From Callorhinchus milii (lineage: Eukaryota), in assembly GCF_018977255.1 (NCBI RefSeq), contig NW_024704743.1, positions 45,014,001-45,078,000 of the forward strand: a stretch of DNA of 64,000 bases, written 5' to 3'. Both the position numbers and the translations under genes were made by a program. The notes under the pieces were generated by a model, which ran no database searches, was not told the origin of the DNA, and saw nothing but the letters and a program-made list of their open reading frames with translations. Position 1 is the stretch's first letter. Every line of letters begins with the position of its first letter. Shown here piece by piece: positions 1 to 13,662 of the stretch.

Positions 1-59
1 AAAATCATCTCAAACCACTAAATAGGACAGGTAGACACTAATGAGGAAATAGGAAGAAT

Positions 60-300
60 TTACAGGTGCCTGAAAGCAGGATCAAAGAGAAAGTTCTGGT
101 GAAAGCAGGGAGAGGTAGCGAGGCAAAGTGTTTTTGTGAGTGATTTCCAGTGGACAGAGGTAACATGGCCAAGGAGAAGCTTCCAATAATGGATCAGAAG
201 GAATGGGGTGAATGAACTAGAGTCGGAAGAGAGGAGAGTGCAAATGGGATGTAAGATGTGAGAATAGAGGACAGCAAACATGCACCAACAGGGGAAAACA
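60..300 (-). mobile_element. Old L2-like 3' fragment
   Basis: Minus strand ends FLFDPAF, like the L2 C-terminal FLFDRAF; purine-rich plus strand as in other copies. Confidence 0.45.
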
Positions 301-474
301 AAAGATTGTTGAAGGTTGTTTAAAGCTCTATCTCGGAATGAAATACCAACACTCTGGTGTTGTAGTTACCCCTGTTGTTCGGCTCAGTTGATAGTACTCT
401 TGGTTCTGAAGGTTGTAGATTCATGCCCCCAAATCACATCCCAGACTGAAATCAGTGCCCTAGTGGGGAGCATT

Positions 475-849
475 AATAATCCTTGCATTTGATATAGCGC
501 CTTATCATGTCTTCAAGACATCTCAAAGTGCTTGTATACATCAAATGCAAGGATTATTTATTATTATATGCTGTAAAGTGAATTGACTGTATATTTTGTG
601 TGTGAAACGCAGGAGCCAATTGTGCACACCAGTGTCCCACAAACAGTCATGACCAAATTTTGTTTTGAGGAATTATTAGCCCTGGAAAAGCAATCCGCCA
701 ATTGACTAACAACCGGGTTCCTACTTACTGCTAGGCAAACGGAGGCGTGTGGAGTAAGGAAACTTGCCCAACGTTTCACCCTGCCGGGAATCAAACCCAG
801 GGCTCTCGCTTGCGGGGCGTGTGCTCTAACCACTGAGCTACAGGACTCT
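475..849 (-). mobile_element. tRNA-derived Deu-domain SINE, long subfamily
   Basis: Head with A/B boxes, central tagcagtaagtaggaacc segment, Deu core and (TTA)n tail; nested within an older SINE at about 380-1100. Confidence 0.85.
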
Positions 850-1733
850 GACATGTCAGAGGTGCCTTCAGTGGTCTCGTCTGCCTGTCTATGTAGGTGT
901 TAAAGATTCCATGATACTACTGGTGAACAATAAATTTGTGATTAGTCCAGATAAATTAATCATTCATCTCATCGCTGTTTATGTGATATTGCTGTGTGGA
1001 AAATGGCTTATGTGTTTACCTACAATAAGAGTTACTACATTTGACAGTGATTACTGTGAAGCACATTGACAGTTTCGATATCCTAAGCATTGCAATCGTC
1101 TTCCCCTCCTTGACACAAAGTACCTTGGTCCCTTGTGTAAAACAGATGTTTCCATAATCTTAACAGAATTTAATTTATATAGCGCCTTTCACGTAGGAAG
1201 GACGTCTGAAAGCACTTTATGCAGCTGCTGGATGTGGGGGGCGGGGGGACTGCAAAAGGAGGGGAAGGAGAAAAGATGATCGAAAGCACGGCAGGCTTTA
1301 AATGTAGGCAGGGATGGGGTGAGACTCTGGGATGGAGCTCCAGAGAGCGAGAGCTATTGCCTCTTAATTTGATAAGCTGACCCTTTGAGTGAGAAGGTGT
1401 TAGAAAAGCCTGTGTTTGTCTGACATCGCTGTGCTTTGTTCACATCCCTAGCTTTATTACATTATAAACATTCAGCTGATTGATGTGCTGTTTGAGAGCA
1501 CTGGAGACTTGTGACCCTGACTCCCTCCCATTCGCTATTTCTTGGTCTGTCAGTGAGCTGAGGGTGCCTGTTTGATCAACATTTTGAGAACTGCCAATGG
1601 AGCTAATTCTGGAGTCACATTGTTTGCACCTGTTCCACAAACAGTTCAGATCCATGTATCACAGAGAGCTGGATCGCAGCAGCACTGCACAGCCAGACCT
1701 GTGTACATGGCCCGGTCAAACACTCTGACTGAA

Positions 1734-1758
1734 GGGTCACGGCCAGTTCACTGAGTCA
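1734..1758 (+). promoter_or_regulatory. Candidate DR5 retinoic acid response element with adjacent AP-1 site
   Basis: GGGTCA-cggcc-AGTTCA (1734-1750) fits RGKTCA-N5-RGKTCA; TGAGTCA follows at 1752-1758. Motif evidence only. Confidence 0.55.
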
Positions 1759-4197
1759 GGACTGCCAAGCGCAGAGCATCCACTTCTTCACTGAACTGTA
1801 GCTCCCCCAATGACTAACGTAATACAAAAATTGACATTCACCCAAGAAAAACGTAACATGAACATTTGTTATAACTATAAAACTGTTTATAGCATCGGCA
1901 TTAAGTATGATTTTGTACAGTTACTCTGTTACTTCAGATGCATTAATAAGTCTACAATGACTGATACAGCAGGATTTATGTTTGAATATGGGATAATAAG
2001 TGAAAGCAGGAGGTGAAAGCTGAGTGCTTACCCTGAGATTTCCTATTTCAGTACAGAGACTGGAGGATCATTTATTACAGAGTTTAGTGCGTGGACCAGG
2101 GTAAGATTTCTTTGCATGGATTTTCGGTGGATTTTCTTGTTGTTTTCCTTCAGCTGCTGAAGGTTGGAAACTGATCTTCAGAATGTCCCTTTTGCTCTGG
2201 CTGTTTCAATCCACACTGTTGCTATTAATTTATCACCTCCATTCCCAGAGTCCCTCTGACTCCCTCCCTCACCTTGTTCAAGGTCTATTTCAAAACCTAC
2301 CTCTTTAATCGTGATTTCCTACACCTAACTCAGGTGTTAAGCACTTTGGGACGTCCTCCCGACATGAAGGATGCTATGTAAATTTGTATTATAATTTGTA
2401 TTGTAAAAACATATTTTGTTTCTCTTGGTAAATACTGAATAGGATGACTTCATTTGTTTTGTGATGGTGCTATTCATATTCTGACGTTTGTTGTCTCTCA
2501 AATGGCATTTTTGTTGGGATGGTTGAAAAAGCTCCATTTGCTCTGCTCAATTTCAAGAAACTAATTTTGAAAACCTTCCACTAAATCTTTGCCAAAGCAA
2601 CTCAAGTAGGGCATTACTGCACTGATTAGATGTGAAAATGGAAAATATGTGAGGATGTATGGGAGGCCAGGTCAACAAATGGAAAACTTTGGAGTGAAAT
2701 TCGCAACTTTTCACAACAAACACATTATGAAATGTTGAAAATGTCACCCTTATGTGCATTATCTTTAAATTTTTGCGTAGATATTCTCGTGTTAGTATTC
2801 CACATTGGGAAAGCTACATTTGAATAGAATTTGCTTCCTGGGATGCACTCAATTGGTATTCAGAATACTAAACAATCAATTTGGAGAAGCAAGTGGTTTT
2901 GAGTTACTGGTTATTGAGTCTCAGAGTGAACAATGGACTTGGAGGCAAAAGCACTGGTTGAATTTAAGTGAAAACGAAAGCTTATTTTCCTCGGATTGAT
3001 AAAAAACAGATATGTTTTATTCTGATACTGCCGTCTAGAAGTTTTATCCCGATACTGCTTTCTAAAAAAGAGGGTTGCCTTTGTTTCCCAACCTTAGGTG
3101 GCTTATAAATAAATGCAGTATTGAATATACACCAAGGTATGTAGCAAATCTGTTCCTAATTACTTGTACTTTCGTTGAACTTTGGCATTTCCTTTGACAT
3201 ACTGCCTAATGTATGCAAACTGTGTGTCTTTTGCTCCAGCAGTGAATTCATAAAAAAAATCCTGTCTGACTTCTTTCTGTGCCAACAAAAATGAGGAATA
3301 ACAGAATGTTTTGACCGAACGCAACACTTTGGTATATACTCTAATTAGATGAAATTGTTCCATCCCACATGGGGCTTGTGGCTTAGTACTCAAAATTTCC
3401 CTCGGGGCTGGTCAGGAAATGCCTTTTGCTTTACAACTTCTTTCTTTTCTAGAGATAAGCTAGGTTTCTCTCTCTCTCTCTTTGTGTGTACAAGAATGTT
3501 TAATAAAGACACCATACTGTCCACAGGCGTAATTCCACAGTTCATTTTAGAAGGTTTTAGCACTGTCTCATCATTCCATATTGAAAAGTTGTGTTAAACT
3601 GAATGCTTCTCGTTTCCCTGCTAACTCCTGAAGTGGAAGATGGTATATAAATGTATATTGTACCTGACAGGCCACTTTACTATTCCAAAATTTCCAAAAG
3701 CATCTTGACTATTACAACATCTAATATGTCAAAAAATTGCCCAAAATGTGAATTGTTGTTTGACCTGACCAATGTGTGGATGTGACAATCACTCAGACTG
3801 GTTGAATTGAACATGCTGCTTATTTGGTCCAGTACATTCTCACAATCATGTACTGTCAAAGAACAACGCTTGAAAAAAGACAAACCAAATTCAAAGACTT
3901 ATTTTCTTCCATTCGAAAAGGTAAGGTACAAAAGGAACACTAGACAGCATTCAGGAGAAACTGACCTCTCCCATCTTATTCAAAAATCTAATAACTCCTT
4001 TCATGATGGTCCTCGCAGTATTAAAAAAAACCTGTTTTGATTGAGAAATTGTACCAAACCCAACATACTTATTGATTGCGTGTTTCTGGAACAGCGCCCA
4101 GTGGTTCTGCAAAATATTTTTTGGCTGAACCATATGACTAATGCAGTATTAAATGAAGAATTTCACTGACTAGGCTAAATAACACCCGCCTTTTTTT

Positions 4198-4323
4198 GGC
4201 TGCCGCATTTCGCCCACAACTATACAGTCGATTCACTTTACAGTATATTCTGTGAAGCACTTTGAGATGTCTAGAAGACGTGAAAAGCGCTACTATCAAA
4301 TGCAAGGATTATTATTATTATTA
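4198..4323 (+). mobile_element. SINE 3' fragment
   Basis: End of Deu core plus tail with (TTA)n. Confidence 0.8.
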
Positions 4324-5267
4324 CAGTTTTTGCCCAGCCTACATTATTGCAGACAGCACTTGTTTTTCGATGCGAAATGAGCTACATCATCAAAATAGTA
4401 TTACAAGAAAAAAGCGCTTTAGGTAAAGTTTTATTTTTCCCTTTTGAGTGAAGTGCTTGGTTTATGAATAAATGATGTTTTGGGCTGAGCTGCTATCTGA
4501 TCTCAATGATTTGAACACTAAAGTCTTAGTCTGAGTGCTGACACTTAAATTTACATTGAAACTGTTCAGGACAGATTGTGGATTGGGTCCAAGTTATTTT
4601 TTTCTCTCTCTCTTAATACTTCCAAGATGTGTACTGAGAGTAACTCCACTTGGATCGTTTTTATGGTCTTGGAAAGAATACACTGCAGTTACTTTGTGAA
4701 GTGTTTTTTCTCTCTCAGTTCACATACTGTACAAAGTAACTGCAATGTATCGCTTCCAAGACACATAAAAACTGTGCGCTCCTACGCTGCTGTCTTTTGG
4801 GATTCAGAGAAACTAATAAACTATTCAGCACTGGTACGCATTATGGCACTTCCACACTCTGCTCCACTCCCCACACCCGAAATAAAAAGCATTGCTTTTG
4901 TTGCATATAAAATCTGTAAATGTTTTTGTACATTTCTATCAAAAGCTATTGATATTAAAACTATCAGAATGGTATTAACTCACCATCTTGGAAAAAGTTT
5001 TAAAAGTATACATTTTGTTACATTTTGACAGAGGTGTGTGAAGGCTAATGTTGTCTAAGGCAGACAGTGTAAAATAGGGTTTTGCTGATTGAAACTAGTC
5101 AGGTGAGTATTTTGGCTTATCTATAAGGTTTGTGAAGGGCTCCTGCATCACTAATACACTACTCTTCTGCCACTCAAGCAATGATCTACCTCACTTCCTC
5201 TAAATTGCATCACATTTAGATCCCATAGTGTGTATGTGTGGGTGTGTCTGTCTCTCTGTGTGTGTAA

Positions 5268-5436
5268 CTCAATCCACGACTGTTTGTGGGACACTGCTGT
5301 GTGCAATTCGCTTCTGCGTTTCGCCCACAAAACACAGTCACTCCACTTTACAGTGTATCCTGTGAAGCGCTTTGAGAGGTCTTACAGACGTGCTATAAGG
5401 TGCTATATCAAAAGCAAGGATGATGATGATGATGAT
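5268..5436 (+). mobile_element. SINE 3' fragment with (GAT)n tail
   Basis: Deu core plus tail ending aagga(tga)6. Confidence 0.8.
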
Positions 5437-6477
5437 CTACATTGTGCAGGAAACCCAGTGCCATAATTCTGGTGCACTTTACGTATGTGTTATAAATACA
5501 GCTGCTTTTTAGGGTTACGCTTTGGTGCTCTTCGAGGTAGAGGACGTCAACTCTGAATTTTTTTCTTGTTTGATACCGAATGTTAGTGTCAGGGACCACC
5601 AGATCTCAGATGCAAGGTAAAGCACCACTTAATTTGCAGATGTGCTGTTTTATGACCGAGAGGTGAGAGTATTACCAACTAAGCCAAGCTGAAATGTGGT
5701 ACATATTAGAGCAGGCAACTTTGACTGCACAAACACTGTACCTCATTACCAGAGTCATTCCTTATTCAGCTCAGCAACACAGCTTCTAGAATATAGTCCA
5801 CCAATCAGGATATAGTCCGTAAAGTGGCAGCACTAGAGCACAATGGCAGGTATAGGGCGACCATGGTAGTCTGGGTCCATTGACTCCCACCCACGTTACA
5901 TTGAAGCAAAAAAATGGCCCTCTTCAGGGTTGTCAGGTCATTGCTGATGTCACTTCCTAGGCATTGAGTGCATGAAGCAACATTATTCATTGTCTTTTGC
6001 AAAGCGACGCCAGCGCTTCCTGCATATAATGCACAAACCCACGGCACACAATGTGGCATTAGTGATGCTTTCTGTGTGTAGCATGTGTACACAGCCAGCA
6101 GGAAGAGGCAAGCTGGATGTTTCCTGTGCGTAACGAGCAGGCACGCAATGCGCAGAAAGTGATGTCAGCAGCGACCTGACAACCACAGGGGGTGGCCATT
6201 CTTTACAATGGTAAATTGGCTTGTCAGCATGGTAAGCTGGGTGTACTGTGCTTCCAGTATGGCATAAGACCCTAGTCCACCCATGCTACAACTGGAATAT
6301 GGAGGTAACCCCTGTGACTGGGCCAAAATGTGCAGCACTCACCAAGTATTTTCCTCAAAACCTTTGAGTGTCGCTGTATATGTGCAATAACATACAAGGA
6401 AAAGCTAACACCACTGAGTACCTGCGACAAAAGTCAGGAGGTATTTTTTAACCAAAGTATCAGGCAGTATCCATCAG

Positions 6478-6700
6478 ACTTTTCACACAGAGAGTTGCTG
6501 GGATGTGGAATGCTCTGCCAAGTAAGGTGGTTGAGGCAGAGTCCAATGTGGGTTTCAAGAGGGAAGTAGACAGCTACATGAAGGATAGAGGCTTGAAGCT
6601 GTTTAGGGATAGGGCAGAGGATTGGGATTAAATTCACACCTTGCTCTGACAGCTGATGTAGGCTTGATGGGTCAAATGGCTTCTTTCTGTGCAGTTTCAC
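6478..6700 (+). mobile_element. CR1 3' end fragment
   Basis: ttttcacacagagagttg...tggaatgctctgcca and gggtcaaatggcttctttctgtgc. Confidence 0.7.
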
Positions 6701-6719
6701 TTTTAAGACTCCACAGACT

Positions 6720-7068
6720 TGTTACTTCCTACCTCTGCGATCTACTAAAACCTTACTAATCTGTCCACTCACTCGACTTGGGGGCACTGGCCTTCTCTAT
6801 GTTCCCTGCCTGCCCCACCATCAGCAGTCGGGTCTTTAGTCTTTCTGCCCCCACCCTCTGGAACTCCATTTTAGATTCCCTTCACCTTGTCACCTTCCTT
6901 GCCTCCTTCAAGACCCGTCTCAAGACATTCCTCTATGACCGTGCTTTCGGTCATCCTTCCAACCCCCTTGTCCTCCACCCTTTTTGATTCCCCCTGCTCA
7001 GGTGCGAACCCTTCAGTGTCCAGCACCTTGGAACGTCTTCCCGATGTATAAATACAATTTGTTGTTGT
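6720..7068 (+). mobile_element. L2 3' fragment
   Basis: FSLSAPTLWNSI...FKTRLKTFLYDRAF followed by an L2-type tail. Confidence 0.8.
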
Positions 7069-9412
7069 AGATTTCTATTAGACTATTGAGTGACTTATTC
7101 CTGACACTTTAGTTTCTTCATGACTGTCATTTGCTGGGATTCACAATCATTTCACAATCAAATAGAACAGCTTTTAATATTCACAAACTATGAGATAAAA
7201 TTAACAAATAATCCAGTTTGCAGAATTTCAATTTAGACCCTTCTAACCTGCATTTGTTTCATTGTATGTGCAATATCTTGTCATTCACCATTGTTTTAAT
7301 TAAATCTTGTTCATTTTCTTGTGCAAATTAGGTTTAGGGTTCTTTGCAGCTCCCATTTTCTGTAGCTGGGCTGACTACATAAAGGAACCTAGGCTGTGTG
7401 TAAAATTGTGGGACTACGATTGCATTTAGTAATGTGATTAAATAGCATGCATTATTTCATGATTTCTGTCCTTTTATTCACAATCCGATACACTATCAAT
7501 TCTTCCTGTAAGTTCTTTTAATTTTGTGTCAGTTTAACTTGATCATCACCAAAGTCTGAATCAGTTGAATTTCTTCTCATCTCGTGTGTACCTAGCATTT
7601 TCTTTCTAATGAATGTCTCAGAGATAATTCCCATATACCTTCCAGAGTATTGTGTTTTATTTTGCCAATTTTTTTCTTCCTGCTACCAAAAACATATTCG
7701 TAAGCTGCGTATGAAAATAAATTACAGTCATCTAAACAAAGCACCAAAATGAATGAAAAATGAATTGTCTTTGTTCATAGACAAATAAGGTGACAAAACA
7801 TCACCATGCATTTAGTATAGTTTTGGAAGCATATCCCAAAGAGCTTCACAGGATTTACTGTGAAATGGAGTGATTGTTTTTTACGCAAATGTGGCAGCTC
7901 AATTGTACACAGCAACATCCCGTCAACAGTCATGACTTTACAGATAATTTGCTACCTTTATTCCAATATTCAAAAGACTGATACTACTGTAACAAGATCC
8001 ATTAGATTGTATTATCTACTTCCCTGTACCAGGATCCTTATTGTACCTGATGTTGGTTTATCATCCTACACAGAGAGATCCTCTGACCACACGAAGGGGG
8101 AGGTAGAGAGAAGCCCAGCCGAGCAACACTTTCCTTATTCATAGTTTTGGGGGAGGGTCACTGTAGCTATATGGGCCACTGTGCTTCTCAACACAACACA
8201 GGGATTGTTTCCCACTGAGACTTTACCATCTGAGCCACTGGGGATAATGTAGTAAAAATTTTCAGTCAAAAGAATAGGTAAATAAATGCAAATAATAAGT
8301 GTTGCAATGTGCTAATGTCTGAGAGCTGCCAGTACCAGTGAAACTCCACATCCGCTACAGGATATCACTGACTAATATAATACCAACACAACCTGAAACC
8401 GAGACCTTCCACTTTGGTTTCCCCAAATTTGGAGCAGTAGGTGAAAATGATTTTTTTTCTGAACGTACGAATGAATGCTGAATTTTTATTTTGAAAATTA
8501 GTTAGTTTGGAAAGCTGGATTGTAACAGGGTTAAACAAAATGCTTGGGTGGTAACAGGTACTTCAGACATACTAACATTGTATCCCATAAAGGTTCGCTT
8601 TACAATAACTTGTTTAAGTGGTTACAGTTCCTCAAATTGCAATACTGCTGTCTAATACGGTGTTTGGTGCATAGAACTACCTTCTAATACAGTGCACATT
8701 TCCTATACTCTGTACCCATTCTATCAGGACATAGCCCCACTTTTTATCTTATAATGGTCCAATTCAATGCAACAAAAAGGCAAAATAGGATTGCAAGAAT
8801 TATTATAGCAGATATTTGCCTGGTTTTATGAAAATGGTTTAAACAGTGGTTATTAATAGTAAGGGGATATTACTATTACTACACTAAAACATGCATTAGA
8901 AAGAGAGTCTACTGTACATTACAAGAAATGAACTTTTACCATTTAATTTTTAAGCACAACTTGAACTTATCTAGAGCCTTTCAAATAGGATGAAAGTCTC
9001 AAGGCGCTTTACAAAGACGATGAAAGAATAATGAGCAGGAAGAATAAAAAAGGTAGTTGACTGAAAGCACTGTCAAAGAGAAATGTTATGAAGGCAGAGG
9101 TGAGAGCCTTGAGGTAACTGTATTTGGGGAGAGGTTTAAAGATTGAAGTGGTTGTAATGTCGATGGGGGTGGGGGGGGACATTGTAGCTGAAATCATAGC
9201 CATACATTTTTAGAATTATCAAACATCCCAAAAGAATTTCAGATGTTGAAAGCCCTCTGGCCCATTTGATTATATGCTTATTGAATACCTATCCTGCCAT
9301 CTTCCATTCCTTACAGGTCAGCTTTACAGAAGTCAAAACTGCTTTTGGCATCTGTGGGGAGCTCTAGAGAGTTGTTTGGATCACATCGGGATTTGAGAAT
9401 TTAAGAATCTTC

Positions 9413-9765
9413 AATAATAATAATCCTTGCATTTGATATGGCACTTTATCACATCTTTAAGACGTCTCAAAGTGCTTCATAGAAGATACTGTATATTTTG
9501 TGGGCAAAATACGGCAGCCAATTACGCAAGCAGTGTCCACAAACAGTCGTGGATTGAGTGATCAATTTATTATTTTCTTTGAAGGAATTATTACCCCCGG
9601 AAAAGCGATCTGCCAATTGACTTAACAAACGGGTTCCTACTTACTGCTAGGTAAACAGAGGCATGTGGAGTAAGGAAACTTGCCCAACATTTTGCCCTGC
9701 CAGGAATTGAACCCAGTTCTCTCACTTGTGAGGCGAGTGCTCTAACCACTGAGCTACAGGACTCC
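9413..9765 (-). mobile_element. tRNA-derived Deu-domain SINE, long subfamily
   Basis: Full head (ggagtcctgtagctcagtggttagagcac), Deu core, L2-like tail and (TTA)n. Confidence 0.9.
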
Positions 9766-10033
9766 AATGTACAATTTGTACATGCGGGATAATCATCGGT
9801 GCAAAGAAGCTGAAATGTTTGGATGATATTGCTTATTGAGTCAAGATTGTTTATTAGCTCTGAAGGGTGGGTGGAGACAACCCATCAAAGAGTGAGATGG
9901 TGAGATGGTGTTTTTTGCTCCGTCCCTCTGATCCTGGGCTCGGGTTTGCCCTTCTCCAAGTCAGGTGTACAAGAGAAGAATTTCAGTCTGTGAAGTGATG
10001 CAGAGTAAAGAAACCTGAGTTATATCTGTTTGA

Positions 10034-10270
<237 letters not shown>

Positions 10271-10974
10271 TGATTGCAGTCAGTTTTGATAATAGTGCTC
10301 AAATACCTGTGACACAAGCGAAGTAAGTGCATTGAGGGATATGGAGAAAAGGTGGGGATATGGGATTAAAAATTCTGTCATGAACTAATACAATAGGCTG
10401 AATGACCTCCTGCTGGCACTATATTACCTGAACCATTAACTATGAGAATAAAAGAACATCTGAAATTCTACCTAGACTTTTAAGACTAACTTCAGATTGC
10501 GCAGAATTGTAGGAAGTTATTCAATTCTTCTTCAATTTGGAAAGCCAGTTCCCTGTAGTTCTCAGAAAGAAACAAGTTTCAAATTGAAACTGAATTTAGG
10601 AAATTTTCCACAGTTGTGTGCAATCTTCATTTTTAAGATCAAATGGTCTTCCAGGTAAAGACAGGGTGAAATAAGGGACCTGTTGCTCAGGACACAGCCT
10701 CATAGTGAAGCAGGGCTCCAGCATCACGCACTTGCAACCATACCTAAGAACAGACGCCTCTTCCTCATTTATGATCAGACCCAGAGGTGAGGATCAAAGC
10801 CACAATCTCTTTGTTTATGATGCAAAATGTTATTACAGTGGAAACTCATTAACGAAAGTCATCAACAGATTGAGGAATTTTCATCACATTTAATGGGTTG
10901 AGCTTCATTTACATTACATAATGTTAAATTAAAAAGACTGCGAAGAAGCTGACCACACGGGCAAGTTAACCACA

Positions 10975-11226
10975 CTAAGTAGGAACCCAGTTGTTAGTCG
11001 ATTGGCGGATCGCTTTTCTGGGGATAATAATTCCTTCAAAAAAGTAATAAAATAATTGGTCACTCAATCCACGACTGTTTGTGGGACACTGCTGTGCACT
11101 ATTGACTGCCGCGTTTTGCCCACAAAATATACAGTCAATTCACTTTATAATATATTGTGTGAAGTGCTTTGAGACGTCTCAAAGATGTGATAAGGCGCTA
11201 TATCAAATGCAATGATTATTATTATT
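10975..11226 (+). mobile_element. 5'-truncated long-subfamily SINE
   Basis: Starts at taagtaggaaccc; Deu core and tail present. Confidence 0.85.
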
Positions 11227-12205
11227 GGAGTGATGTTGAGGTGGGTATCCACTGTATATATACCCCCAGCAACCAGTGGTGAATTTTGGGGGGTGGGCAG
11301 CCAGGTGTCTGATGCATGCAGAAACCCATATCATGCTCAACATTGTCCAAACCAAACTGAGAGTTACATGCATCCCAGCCACACATGGAAATTCACATGG
11401 AGATGTTTATTGGAATGGAATGTGTACTCTCTCCCTATTTACCTAATTCCAGAAACATTGTATGGTTAACAATAACAACAAAATTACATTTATGTAGTGC
11501 CTTTCAAGAGTTGCAGGTTGGCAACAGCCAACGTTTGTGGGGAGCCCAGTGTTAGGAGGGTTAACAGGAGCTGAGTGGGAAGAATCCCTGCTTCTAGTGA
11601 CTGGTCTGCCCTTCAAATCCTGTCAATAAGCCAAGCTGACTGTGCTGTCATCAGCAGTGCCTTTGAATACTGTGAACATGCCTGGCTTAAGAATTGGACG
11701 ACTGAGACAGCCAGAGAGAGTTGGCTCGATTCTGACATTCTGTTGACCAACATGTCACCTTGGAGCCACTTTAGCTCCAAGGAGTCCTCGCTTACCTCCC
11801 CACAAAGAGGATAATCACCAATTGGTCATTTGGCATCCGACTAGTGTGGGTTTGAGCTCTCACTAGGTAGATGACAGGCACCAGGAACGCCCTGCAAACT
11901 TCCTGGTGGGCAACACAACTCAGCATGAAAAACATAATGTTGCTATGCAGTTTTTTAAGCGCACATATTCATTTTCAAAGTTCTTACTAGTATTATTGAA
12001 GAATATTTGGACCAAATTCTGAATGTTGGTCATTGTTTAATGGTCATTAAGCGAAGTGACCATTGGAAATAGAATCTTCCCTTTAGTTTTCCTGATTATG
12101 GATACGGTAGAAGAATAGTCTGCTAGAAGATTGTGATTCCAATCTGCAGTATTTCTAGAAATCCCATTGATCAGCAGGAACTTCACAAGTAGATTGGAGA
12201 GTATT

Positions 12206-13662
12206 GATTAGAGCACTCGCCTCGCAAACGAGCGGACCTGGGTTCGATTCCCGGGCAGGGCGAAACCTTAGGTAAATTTCCTTACTCCACATGACTCTGT
12301 TTACATCAACAACTGCATTTACATAGCGCCCTTCACATAGGTAGCATCGTGGAGCACTTGAGAGTGTCGGAGTCTGACTCTAAGCCAGGGGGAGAGGGAG
12401 GGGTAGGTGACCATAAGCATGATCAAAGAGTAAGTTCTTTAGGCGGGATTTGACATGTCTTATCTTGCCAACATTCAGCTGCAGGAAATCTGCACTCATC
12501 CAGGCCTTGATGTCCGTCAAACAAGCTGACAGGATATCAGCAGATTGGGAGTCGCAGCTGGAGGAGAAGTAGATTTGGGTGTCATCCGCATACGTGTGGA
12601 AGGTAGTCCCATGTCTGCGTATGACATTGCCAAGTTGGAGCACATAGATAAGGAAACTAAGGGTTGGGGTTAGGTAAGGATTAGGGTTAGGTAAGGGGGT
12701 CAAGGGTGGAGCCTTAGGGTACCCCACAGGTGGCTGGGTGGGAGGAAAAACCATTGGCCCAGAGGTATTGTTGCCGGTTTGTTAAGTATGATTTGAACTA
12801 CGCGAGTGCATTCCCACTAAGATGGATGATAGAAGAGAGGCGGTGGAGGAGGATGGTGTGATCGACTGTGTCGAAAGCAGCTGAGGTCCAGGAGAAAGAG
12901 GAGGCAGTCGGAGCCCTGGTCAGCGAGAAAGAGAACATAATTTGCTACTTTGACAATGCTGTCTCTGTGCCGTGGGCTGGATGGAAACCGGACTGGAGGA
13001 GTTTGAATAGGGAGTGGAGGGAGAGGTGTGAGCAAAGTTGATTTCCAATGACGCATTCCAAAACTTTAGCCAGGAAGGGCAGGTTAGAGATGGGTCCAAT
13101 GTTTGTGAGGTTGGAGAAATCGAAGGTTGGCGTTTTAATGAGCAGAGGGATGACAGCGGTTTTGAGAGGGAGTGGGACAGAGCCTGAGGAGAGGAACTGG
13201 TTGATTGTGTCAGCCAGCAGTGAGCAGAGGAGGGGGAGTTGAGCGACCAGAGGCTGGGTGGGGAGGATGTCGAGGCAGCAGGTAGTGGGCTTCATCTGGG
13301 TGATGGTGGGGGAAAGGGAGGAGGGAGAGGGGTCGGGGAGGCAGCAGCCAGGTGGATGTTATCTATCTTAGAGATAAAGAAGTCCAGGACCTCTTCGCAT
13401 CAGAAGTGAAGTTTACCTCATGGTAAGTAGGAACCTGGTTACTCGGTGATTGGCCAATTGCTTTTCCAGAGGGGAATAATCCCTTAAAATAATAATAATT
13501 TGGCCATTCAATCCATAACCGTTTCGGGACACTGCTGTGCCGAATTGGCTGCCGATTTCACCCACAAACTATACAGTCAATTCACTTTACAATATGTTCT
13601 GTGAAGTGCCTTTGATACATTTCAATGATGTGATGAGGATCCATATCAAATGCAAGTATTAT
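12206..13662 (+). mobile_element. Long-subfamily SINE split by an L2 insertion (parts 12206-12304 and 13411-13662)
   Basis: Head ends ...ctctgtttac; body resumes gtttacct...gtaagtaggaacc, then Deu core and tail. Confidence 0.85.
12305..13410 (-). mobile_element. Internally deleted L2 LINE (second subfamily) inserted in a SINE
   Basis: RT fragments PISNLPFLAKVLE, QSGF and TYADDTQIY...KAWMSADFLQLNVGK; tail at 12305-12360; TSD GTTTAC at 12299-12304 and 13411-13416. Confidence 0.9.

Noticed and set aside
3662..3883. Possible antisense exon (67-aa ORF with splice-like ends)
   Set aside because: All frames hit stops before the putative donor, and I recognise no protein similarity.
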